From: Entomortierella parvispora E1425
Lineage: Eukaryota; Fungi; Mortierellomycota
DNA length: 64,000 nucleotides
Assembly: GCA_020891255.1 (NCBI GenBank)
Contig: BQFW01000013.1
Span: 744,001 to 808,000 of the forward strand
Reading direction: 5' to 3'
The notes under the pieces: model-generated
Databases searched by the model: none
Told to the model about the DNA's origin: nothing
What the model saw: the letters and a program-made list of their open reading frames with translations, nothing else
Shown here: in pieces, positions 1 to 10,120 of the stretch
Position numbering within the stretch: position 1 is the stretch's first letter
Layout of the letters: each line of letters begins with the position of its first letter
Position numbers and translations under genes: made by a program

Positions 1-1880
1 GACCAAGGAGACCGTTTGGAGATTGGAGCTAGTCCCTGAAGGATCCGTGCCAGGACTAGCAGATTATCATGGCTTGGAAGGGAAAAGTTTTTCCGCTGCT
101 AAGGGCGGCTCATCACCAAAGGTTATTGAGCGCGAGATGAGAGACCCTGTCGTCAATTCGAAGGATGAAAAGTCAGGAGCGACCCTTCCAGCCAGAGATG
201 AAAACAAGCAATGGCATTCTATCAAGGGCTTTAGACTCTATAACGAGAAGCAAAAGTGCTATCTTCAGTCCTCCAAGGTTTTCAGGGCACCTTATTCCAC
301 GTATCAAGAAGTTGGATGTATTCAAGGCGGGCGACAGAAGGCCAACACCATTTTTATTGTGGATGAGAACATTAACCCTCATCGTAAGTGGAGGACCTGT
401 TTTGTCGGAGGAGGGACAGACTTTTGCATCGACCTAACTCATCCTTTTCTCTTTCTTGACCACAGTTCCAAAGAGGGCGACGTCGCTCTCGTACCGACCA
501 TTGACATTCTTCCAAAAGTTCAAGGAGCTGAATCGCGTCATGTGGTGGACCCATCACGACCTTAGTGCGCCTGTCCATGGAGACGAGCAGACCCGTCGTC
601 CCTCGGATGAATCTCACCCCTGGACCTGGCCTCTCATGCGCCGTGGAATGAATTACTACGCCAGCAAGGAGACCAATCACTATGTACACTTCATCGGTAA
701 TCCTCTTCTCTGGTGGGCCGCCACCGGAGCCGTAGCTTTCTACGTCGCCAGCTGTCTTCTGAGTGTCTACCAGTTCCTCCGGTCCAAGAATATCACAGCC
801 ACCTCGTCCGCAATGGGTCGTCATCGTGGCAAGCAGGCAGAGCGGGATCGGTTTGGGGTCACGCCGTTTTACGCGGTCGCCTCTGGAACATTCTTTGCGG
901 GCTGGGCGATTCATTACCTACCTTTCTTCTTCATGTCGCGTCAAGTGTTTTTGCATCATTACCTGCCGGCACTGTACTTTTCCATCCTGCTCTTGGTCTC
1001 GCGTCTGGATCGTCTCTGGTCAAGTTGGCCTGCACTCTCTAATAATGGAGGCGGCAGCAGCAGCGGTGGTAGCACTCTGATTGTCACCAGTGGTCGCATG
1101 CGATTCTTGGTAGGCGTAGGCCTCATGGCTGCTATGATCATGTCCTGGTGGATGTTCTCACCCCTGTCTTATGGAACGGATTTCGCGACCAAGGCTCAAT
1201 GCCAGCGACTTCAGGCCCTCGGTGGCTGGAATTTTATCTGTCAACGGCAAGATCTGCCCTGGGCTAGACCTGATGCTGCAGCGGCAGCGGCAGCGGCCGA
1301 AGCAGAAGCGGCAAGGAAGCGGGAGGAAGATGAGGAAGATGATGACGAGAGTCATTTCTACTACAATGACGCGGATGATCATAACAGTGTTGAGGGCTCT
1401 ATCGATGACAGTCATCACGGTGCGCAACAGCAGTCAGCGCAAGAAGACAGGCGTCCTGATGAGCATGCCCAACAGCAGGGACAGGGCGATGGAAAAATCT
1501 TCACCAATACTGATCCTCTCAACGAAATGACAGCCAACGCAGACTCGAGAACTCAGGAAGCTTTGGAGAAGCAACAACTCAAGGCCGAGAAGGAGGCCCT
1601 GGAAGAAAAGCAGAGGCAATTGGAGGCGCGATTAGCGGCCCAAGAGCAAGAACTGGAGCAACAGCGGTTGCTGCAAAAGCAGCGTGAGCTTGAACAGCAG
1701 TTGCTTCAACAACAACAAGAACAGGCGCGACAGCAAGAACAACAGCGGCAGCAACAGCAACAGGTCCCATCAGAGCCTACACGCGAGATGCTGGAGGAGC
1801 AGGTGCGGATACTCCAGGCACAATTGGAAAGCAACCGGTTAAAGCAACTCAACCAGCATCAACAGCAGAATCAGGGTTAG
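1..1880 (+). CDS. PMT: Dolichyl-phosphate-mannose:protein O-mannosyltransferase (PMT family), 5' partial; exons <1..383, 466..1880
   Basis: The frame is open from the window edge through a MIR-domain-like segment (FRLYNEKQKCYLQS...QEVGC...IVDENINPH). An intron 384-465 (GTAAGT...CTAAC...CACAG) joins in phase to LPKRATSLSYRPLTFFQKFKELNRVMW...SHPWTWP...FIGNPLLWW...RQVFLHHYLPALYF, the typical PMT C-terminal 4TM region. The PMT1/2/4 subfamily cannot be resolved by eye. Confidence 0.92.
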
Positions 1881-2134
1881 GTCTTTTCTGTGATATGAGA
1901 TTATCTCCAGATATCAAAAGATGAAATAAACAACAAACGTCCGCACACTTGACGATGTTCACCTCATTTCTTTTCTCCTTCAAGGCAGGGATTGTTCAAG
2001 GCAAATCAAATAGCACCATACAGATCATTCATTCAAATCTCTTGTGGCAATCACCTTTAATGAAAAATGAAAAAAACGAGGATATTTTTTGTGTTTTGGA
2101 CCAAGGTCCCTTTTGTTTTTTTTCTTTTTTTTTT

Positions 2135-3256
2135 CTACAGATATTGTCCACCTTCGCCTCCCTTTCCACCAGGGTGGTAGGCAGGAGCACCTGAAGGAGG
2201 CATATGTTGATCGTATCCGTAGTCGTGGTGACCCTGGTATTGGTAGCCTTGGTCGTATCCATGGTTCGCGTACTGATCATAGCCCTGGCCGGGCTGGCCA
2301 TACCCACCATCGTAATGGTCGTACTGATGGTCATATCCACCATTCACAACGCTTCCACCTCCACCAGGTCGGCTCTCGAACGGCGAAGGACGGGACATGC
2401 CGCCCATAGCAACCGCCATACGGGAGGCGGCCGCGGGCGAACCGCTGGCGATGGGAGCTGGGGCCATGGGGGGAGAGGAAGGACGAGGCTTCTCCCAGGT
2501 AGTATCCTCCAATCCGACGTAGGTGCCATCGAGCTCAAGAGGGGCATGGCGACGACGACGACGCTTCATCATTGCCACCGCAACCACACCAGCGACCAAG
2601 GCCACACCAATGATGCCGACGGAAATGCCAATGGCCGTGCCACTGGGTCCACCCGATGAATCGGACTGGCCTCCGTTAACGGCGTTGTCTGAGGCACTGC
2701 TGGGGTTCGTAGTGCCACCAGATGCAGTGGAAGTGGATCCGGTACCGGTACCGGCACCACCGGCACTAGTGGCGGGGGGGTTGAGGGTGCCTGCAGTGGT
2801 TGTACCAGGGTTGGCTGCGGGGCTGGTGCTGGCTGTCATAGGGGTAGTGGTACCGGGGGCCACAACACCAGTGTAAGGGGCATCCCAATCGGCGAGGGAG
2901 GTCTGACCCCAAGAAATACAGGTGGTATGGTACTGTTGAGGTGGAGGCGATTTGGCTGCGTACCCGCCCAAGAGTTCGCACTTTGCACAGGTCCAGAGCA
3001 CCTTTTGCATGATGTCGGTGCAGATACACTTTGCAGCTGCTTGGGGTGGAGAGTAAGTGCCGTTGATCTGAATGTCGGTGGGTCCAAAGGTGACGCCACA
3101 GGGTTGGATAGCGTTTGCAAACGTTTGACAATCACCACAGAACCCGATCCCTGTACCAGCCTGGACCAGGAAGTTGGGTGAGAGGATCGAGAGAAGGGAC
3201 GTGAAGATCAGCAAGGAGGTAAAGAGCCTCCAAGAGGTCGTGCGGGGTGTGGACAT
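2135..3256 (-). CDS. Single-pass (type I) membrane protein: signal peptide, 8-Cys ectodomain, S/T/G stalk, TM helix, G/Y/D/Q-rich tail
   Basis: Intronless ORF with likely ATG at 3256 (MSTPRTTSWRLFTSLLIF...VQA). Cys pattern CGDC..PC..CIC..CAKC..C, then a Thr/Ser/Gly-rich linker, the hydrophobic stretch GTAIGISVGIIGVALVAGVVAVAMM and a stop-transfer KRRRRRH. Confidence 0.85.
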   Translation of the reverse strand: MSTPRTTSWRLFTSLLIFTSLLSILSPNFLVQAGTGIGFCGDCQTFANAIQPCGVTFGPTDIQINGTYSPPQAAAKCICTDIMQKVLWTCAKCELLGGYAAKSPPPQQYHTTCISWGQTSLADWDAPYTGVVAPGTTTPMTASTSPAANPGTTTAGTLNPPATSAGGAGTGTGSTSTASGGTTNPSSASDNAVNGGQSDSSGGPSGTAIGISVGIIGVALVAGVVAVAMMKRRRRRHAPLELDGTYVGLEDTTWEKPRPSSPPMAPAPIASGSPAAASRMAVAMGGMSRPSPFESRPGGGGSVVNGGYDHQYDHYDGGYGQPGQGYDQYANHGYDQGYQYQGHHDYGYDQHMPPSGAPAYHPGGKGGEGGQYL

Positions 3257-3533
3257 GATTGATGAAGAGGTCGTCATCCAAAAACTGGATGGGGGCTTTT
3301 GTTTTGTTTTGTTTGTTGCTGTTTTGGAAAGAGAACAAGCGCGTTGAGACCGAGCTCTTGATGCTTGTTGTCTTTTGTAGCCGGAAGGGGGTTAGGGAAG
3401 CTTTTTGGAAGGTTCTCTGGAATCCTGCAGAATGGGCGGAAGATGGGTAGCACAGAGGTTCGTAGACAACGCGTTCGTTGTATGGGAGGAATTAATGGGC
3501 AAACAGAATGGTGGCAATGGTGGCAATGGTGTA

Positions 3534-3538
<5 letters not shown>

Positions 3539-3612
<74 letters not shown>
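3539..3612. repeat. (GT)37 microsatellite
   Basis: 74 nt of perfect GT repeat, read directly. Confidence 0.97.
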
Positions 3613-3616
<4 letters not shown>

Positions 3617-6407
3617 GTTCAGAGGGAAACGTGTTGATGGGGGCGAGAGAAGGAACGATAGAGTGGGAAGAGTACCGAGTGGAAAGAGAGGGGGGGAGAG
3701 AAGGAGTACACAGGAGTGTGAGAGAGTGCAAGAGTCCAGGAATGGAGGTTGGCAGCGAAGGAACGACCCAGGGGACAAAAGGAGGCAGGAGAGGCAGACG
3801 AGAATAAGAAATAAATATACACCGGGAGCAGAGAGCAAAATAAAAGAAAAAGAAGAGTTGACCCAGCGAGCAGACGGTTCATTGAAGGGCGGAGATGAAG
3901 TCAAAAGGTCATGAAGAGGCAAGAGGGAAAGAAAGAAGCAACGGTTAGTATCCATGCAGCAATATGATGACAAGGTATCCTTCACAGGACCGTTGCACGT
4001 TGTCCAGGTACAATTAATCTGCAGCCGCAGGGGGAAATGGGAAAAGGGGAGGATGCGGGATTAGTTGATTAATGGCCGAGGGCAGCGAAGTAGTTCAGCC
4101 TCGCCGTCTATGACGCGCCGGGCAACCTTTTTGCAATCGGTACCACACGAAACCAATAATATACTGCCCGAAATGTAATTCGAGGCTTTTTTTTTATTTC
4201 CTTCGTACCATCCACGCACTTTTGTGACAAAAGAGGAGGCCGGGAGGCCAAGGATGGTACAGGATCCCCACACATGCAAAAAAGGGTCATCGTCAAAAGA
4301 CCAGAGAGAAAAAAATAAAGGAGTTTGGGTGATGGGTTGTGCCGGTTTACCTTTGTTGTCGTTCGAAGAGTCTCAAAGGATGAACGAAAACGACCGAGAG
4401 AGAGCCAAGGATAATGAAAACGAAAACGAAAAAAGACGGAGGTGTCTGTGATTGTCTGTCGTTATTGTTGTTTGTTGTTGTTGTTGTTGTTGTCGTCAGT
4501 CAATGGTCAACACAAACTAATAGACCGACGAAAGAGGGTGATTGTCGGAGAGAGTGAGGGTGGGGGAGGAGGGTGTCGTTATAGAGTGAGAGGATGAGTG
4601 TGGTCTCGTTGGGATGAAAACAGAGAAGCAAGCGTTTTAACTGTGCCTGAGGAGGAAGGAAGGGTGAGGATGGACGTGAGAGGACGGATCAATGGTGGGA
4701 GGAGAGGACGAGGGAAGGTAGGGGTAGCGGGGCGGAGGAAAGGGAGGGGGTGAGGGGAAGAGTAGGGTTGACCAGCGATGCAAGAGTGTTGATAGGAATG
4801 GGGTGAGAAAGATGGACGGTGGCAACAGAGGAAGAGAGGAAAAAGAGAAGAAAAGAGAGAAAAAGGCGCCAGAAGGGAGGGAAGGTCATAATTAGACCAG
4901 AGAGGATCCACACACACTCAGTCACTGCCCTCATGGCTCGCGACGGAGGGCAATTGTCAACAGCCAGCTGAATGCAATCTTAGCCTCGTTCAACAGGCTA
5001 GTGGAAAATGGTCGCTTCGGTGCGTGAGTCGAGCCAGAGAGCGTGCCTGCCCGGCAGTTCTTCAGTCTGTTTTGTTTACTTCACATCAAGGGTGAGCCAT
5101 TGAGGACAGGTGCGCCATCTCCGTCTCGTAATAATAAACGACAAGTTTGAGCAAGGTGGCCCACAGCAATGGTGGTCGGCTGCTGATCCTCTCGGTGGAG
5201 GAGCCTCTGTCTGCTGCCCATCTCTCTTCACAAAACAGCCAGCAGCAACGCTCTCGTTTTTTTTTTTTTTTTTTTTTAATTTTGGCACAGGGACGAAAAA
5301 GAGAACCAGGACTCTCATCTCGCTCGCCCTTATGTTGCCGAGGCTATATTGAACGACCCACATGGACGATCGGTGAGAACAGGAAAGAATGCCACCGTCG
5401 TTTTTATCTCCAAGGAACAACTTTGGGAGGAGCAGGGATCGCCTTCTCTCTCTCCCAGCCCACCCATGCGCTCAAAGTATGACAATAAACTTTAGCCAGG
5501 CACACGCTCTTTCTTTCCTGACTGGTAAATAAAGTGAAATGAGGGGCCAACTGCATTGAAACGTTTCTTCGTTTGCAAACATTTCGGTCTCGAGTCCTTG
5601 CTGCCACTCACCTTCCCTTGACCACATCACCTTTCCCATTGCCATCCCCTCCCACCACTTCATCCTTGTCACCCACGAGACCCCCAGTGCTTCAGTGCTT
5701 CGTCATAAAAAAAGAGAAAAAAAAAACTTTGCCGCTGTCGGAGGGGTATTGTGGATCCAAGTTCCGCCCATCATCACATATTCAAATTGCTCTCAACTTC
5801 AATAAACCACCCGTCTATAAATGAATGACTTTTGTCTTTTTTAGACCCTTTTTTCCTTTTGTTCGTGCTCTTCAGTATCCACGTACGGTCCTATGGTGTG
5901 TCAACTAGTGTCGGTGCAAAAGTATTCGGCGTCTAATGTTGTGCGCCTCAATTGATGAGGGGCGCTCCAAAAGGGCTAAAACAGCCAGGGCGGTGAAAGC
6001 CTCGACCGTGGCAGAGGCGCGGCGTACCTCCAAGACAACATCCCTGCAGGACTTCCCGCCCACCTCAAACCCAACAACAGACAGACCCGGTTTCATTCAG
6101 GGTATGAGCTAAATGATAGCTCACTTTCTACATATTCTTGGTGCTGACTGCCATAAGGGTCCTTGCTTCTAGATGCCCATGGTCCCATTGTCGCATCGCC
6201 ACAGTCCTCTCCTGCCCAAAACAGTCTGTTGAGAAAAAAAAGACAATGCCTGCTTCTTCCAGTCCCGGGATTTATCGTTGATTTGTCTTAATAATCCGTT
6301 TTGACAACCCGACCCTTTGTCATGTTCCCCGCAAGAATAACGGTGCAATGGTTTTTATTGTGTGCGGGTCCGCGAATCTACTGTGTATTTATCAATGTAG
6401 CATTTCC

Positions 6408-7516
6408 TTAAAAGATGGCAGTGGCTCCTCCAGTCTGTTGTGTTCAAGAGAAGGTAAGAGTGGGGGTTAGATTCACAAATTATCGTAGTCCATACTAGAC
6501 GCCAAAATCGATCTATTGTCGGGTTCCCTCGGTCCGACTGTCCAGTGGTAAAGTCCAGTGCGCAGTGTAGCTTCCTCTCACGCGCGTTCATTTTTTTTTG
6601 TTCACAATGACATTCTCGTTGTATCATATCCTCCCCCAGATATTCTTTCCTGTCCCTCAATCCTTCTCTTGTCTTTGCTCGTGGCGGCAATGGTCATATT
6701 CTCTGTCCTTTCAACTGTTTATCCTTACCTCAACAGCCTCAATCTCAGCCTCGGTCAATTGAGGGTGGCGGTAACGAGCGGGAAGTTCCGTAAAGTCAAG
6801 AACAAGTCTGGAGGTGCCGTTGGGTCCTTGCGTGGCAGGTTTTGATGATGAAGAGAAAGGTGTAGCCTTGACGGGGATTCCAGCCTTAAGAGGATAAGAG
6901 GCATCCTTGGGAGCAGCAGGGTGACGGGTGGCTTCATGGTGAGCTAGAGAGGCAAAAAGAGGGTCAGCAAAGATGAATCATATAGTTTCCTTTGAGGTGG
7001 GTCATCTGATAAGACTTTGGTCCATATAGCTCCTGGTCCGAGCAATTGGAACAGCTTTGTTCAGTCAAAGTAGAATTCCAACATTCGGCTCTCCTTGATG
7101 AAATAAGTACAGGCCAGTCGATGTTCCCTCGAGCCTGCAGAAGTTTAGCATTCTGGGGAGAATCTCCTGATACGGAAGCGTGTGGAATAACCAGCCAACC
7201 GCCTGTTCCCGTTCCCGTTCCTGTTCCTGATTCGCATTGCATTGCGTTGGATTCGTTCTATATCCACGTCCTCGTCCATGTCCACATGCCCCTGCTTGAC
7301 CATCCAATCAGCGGCAAATTCCTTTCATGCAGTCGAGGATTCCGTCTCCATGTAGTATCTCTCATGCTTCCTGCTTGAGGAGGAAGATTAAGACAAATCT
7401 CATTGCAACAGGGGCAGGAGACGCGAATCACCTTCGTTCAGGGCACTGCGGGGTCCCACAAACTTGATCAGGGGTGTGCGGGCGATGGCGGCCAAGCGGA
7501 CAGTAGAGGGGAGCAT
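6408..7516 (-). CDS. KGD4: Mitochondrial alpha-ketoglutarate dehydrogenase subunit 4 / MRPS36-like, 108 aa; exons 7516..7432, 6943..6729, 6434..6408
   Basis: Not in the ORF track. The spliced product MLPSTVRLAAIARTPLIKFVGPRSALNE-AHHEATRHPAAP...ELPARYRHPQLTEAEIEAVE-TGGATAIF* shows the N-terminal PLIKFVG motif, HP.AP and the C-terminal LP.R(Y/F)R...E.EIE.I..GGA signature of the S36_mt family. All splice phases are consistent. Confidence 0.88.
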
Positions 7517-7651
7517 TGTGGAGTATGGTGTGTTGTTTATGATGAATGAAAGAGAAAAGAAGAGAAGAGTCGGGCCACGGAAGGAGAAAAAGGCTCATGC
7601 AGATGCAGACGGATTGGACAAAAGCGGATGCGGAGAAAAAAAAAAGAAAAG

Positions 7652-7659
7652 TACGTCAC
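7652..7659 (-). promoter_or_regulatory. CRE/ATF-like element (GTGACGTA on sense strand) upstream of KGD4
   Basis: TACGTCAC lies 136 nt upstream of the KGD4 ATG. The identical 8-mer sits upstream of PRP9. Confidence 0.4.
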
Positions 7660-7696
7660 AAATGTCGTTTTTTTATGTATTTGACAGGCACATCGA

Positions 7697-9796
7697 TTAA
7701 ATAAGGCCCTGGCGCTTCAGATCCTCGTAGGTCTTCTTGTTGAACACGTTGCCTTCGCTGTCCTCAAACTCTTCGATCTGGTCCTTCTTGGAGCCTTCGG
7801 GCTTGCTACCCTTGATCTTCTTCCAGACTATCATACAGGATAAAAAAACACAAGTCTTGGTTAATGATCTCTTTTTGGCCAACAAGAATCCATGGATCGA
7901 CACTACTTCAAAAAGGAGACAACACTTACGCGCAAGAGCATCCTCAATGCCCACAATCTCGTGAAACTGCCTCGTGTTGGGAATGCCGAGACAGCGCATA
8001 CCGTGTGCATGACGCCATTCCTGGAAGTGTTTGTCAAAGGCCTTGCGTCCCTTATACACAAAGTTTCCACAGATCTCGCATGTGTACTCGACGCCCAATC
8101 CATGCAACTTGTAGAGCCAGTATGGGATCGGCTTGCCATCCCAGCCCAATGGCAGTTTCAATGGGTTATAAACCTTTTCTTCGTCTTCTGAATCAGACTC
8201 TTCCAGCTCGATCTGATCTGCCTCCAATTCAAACTAATGACAGTAAGGATAAAAAAAAAAGGTCAGACAGTTATCTTTGTAAACGCCAAGAGGTAACATA
8301 AAAAAAAAGTCAGGAATGAAACAGGGAATCAAATATATCTCTTACATCACGCTCGCGTCCTGTCAAGGTCTGACGACGCTCCACATTTTCCTTGGTATCC
8401 TCGATCTGGGACTTCAAAATCTCGGCCAACTTTTGAATCTCGATCTCAGTCCTTGCCATCTTTTCTTCTGGTTTTGCCTTTTCAGTCAAGACCTTTGACT
8501 GCAATTCTGCCACATCCACGTCTGCCTCGCTAGTTCCACTTGCTGCCAGAGCCGCGGCAGCCTTGATATGTTTTTTACTCGACAAGTGAGCATTGTACAC
8601 TGTGTCCTTGGCGTATTGCTTCTTACAAGCCAGACAGAACAATCCTGTAGACGGGGTGCTCTCCTCCTCCTTCTTCGGCCATCCAGGCAAGGTTCCTTCC
8701 TTCCATTTTGCCTCGAATTCTTGTCGAGCATCCTCCTTGATCTCCTCAATGTTGGTAAGGGGTTTGACGCGCTTCAAATATCCTTCCAAGTAATTGTATA
8801 ATGAGTCCAGATATCTATGGCGCAAGATCAAAAAAAAAAAAAAAAAATAATAAATAAATAGAAGGGCTAGTATTAGTAGCGGGACAATTTCCAGTGCTGG
8901 ATCCATGTTCTCCATTCTTTCTCTAAACGTACTTTTGATAGTTGGCATCCTTGTCTTTCCTCTCAATCTCTTCAAACAACGTGAACTCGGAGAGGTAGCC
9001 GAGATAGTTTGTGCGCTTCAGACTCTTGAGGTTCATGTACTGATCATGGACCTCGTGAAGATCCAAGTAACGTCCTCCTTGCTCCTCTCCCGAGAACATG
9101 TCATCCAGAGCCTCCAACTTTGCCTCTGTGGGTTGTTGATCCATAAATTCCAACTCCATGGGTTCTACTGCGTCATTGGGGTATCTTCTATGATGGTCCT
9201 TGATCTTCTTCAGTCTTTCATAAAACTCGCCCTCGCTCGATCCTGAAATGGCGTCCATTTCCTTCTTTCTACTCCTATAAAAACAATAGAAGAGGTCCAA
9301 CGATCAGAATCTGCATTGAAGCCGACACGCTCAAATACAGAGTGGGGGGGGGGGAGGCTGCTTACTGCTCCTTGTCCTCATAAAGGACCTGCAAATCCTG
9401 ACTCCTCCCGCTGATCCGATCCAGATATCCAGCAACAGTATGTTCTTGCAGGAGGCGTTCCTTGTGCTTATTTACCCAACGTAAAAAATATATATACATA
9501 GGTTAGTATTTCGTCTTTGCGATTCCAAGTTGTTGCGTTTTCCATCGGCACATTGAACAGCCCACCGAGCTTACAGTCTTGGGGTTGAGCATGAACTGGT
9601 CGACGATGGCCTGCTCCAGGCGATCAATCTCCTCATGAAGTCGTCTTTGAGTGTCTACTCGAGAAAAAGTGAGAAAAGGAGAGGTGATCGATGTGGTTCA
9701 TTAGATTCCTGAAATTCGGGATACACTTTTCGACTTTCAACCATGCTAACCGACATCCGGCTCCAGTGTCCATTCATTACCGAGAACGCTATCCAT
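7697..9796 (-). CDS. PRP9: Splicing factor SF3a60 / SF3A3, multi-exon
   Basis: Spliced N-terminus [23 protein letters not shown] (first exon 9796..9781), [15 protein letters not shown], a C2H2-like CLACKKQY...HLSSKKH, and [36 protein letters not shown]...[12 protein letters not shown]. Confidence 0.97.
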
Positions 9797-9914
9797 GATG
9801 ATTGAGGGCAGAGGTGAATCGTGTTGACGATCGACGCATGCATGCCACTGCACTTTATCCCTGGTCTAGCTTTGATAGGATATAAAGCATTTAATTCTCT
9901 AAATCCACGCAGAT

Positions 9915-9922
9915 TACGTCAC
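9915..9922 (-). promoter_or_regulatory. CRE/ATF-like element (GTGACGTA on sense strand) upstream of PRP9
   Basis: TACGTCAC lies 119 nt upstream of the PRP9 ATG, in the same orientation and at a similar spacing as at KGD4. Confidence 0.4.
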
Positions 9923-10020
9923 CGTATTTTTAGTCGCTCTCTCTCTACAGGTCCTCCTGCTTCGTGCTTTGTGTGTTGCAAGCGGCGCGAAAGGAGAAGG
10001 TGGTATCTCGCAGATGGAAA

Positions 10021-10042
10021 GAGAGAGAGAGAGAGAGAGAGA
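10021..10042. repeat. (GA)11 microsatellite
   Basis: Read directly; lies in the eIF2A-PRP9 spacer. Confidence 0.9.
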
Positions 10043-10120
10043 GGAGTGGACCTTTAAATGGATTATATAATTTGTTTGATTTATATACTTTATGGAGTGT
10101 GTACTCTGAAGGTCTATGGA

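Noticed and set aside
3975-3982. GTATCCTT, a U12-type (minor) intron donor consensus
   Set aside because: It lies on the + strand in intergenic DNA with no exon context or matching U12 branch site. All introns I mapped are U2-type GT-AG.
3392-3985. Several ORFs (poly-HT / poly-VC) around 3400-3900
   Set aside because: Artefacts of the (GT)37 microsatellite and purine-rich tracts, with no coding signal.
5936-6290. Possible small + strand gene (MLCASIDEGRSKRAK...) with a GTATGA donor
   Set aside because: Short, no homology recognised, the downstream exon is unconvincing, and it has no supporting promoter or codon signal.
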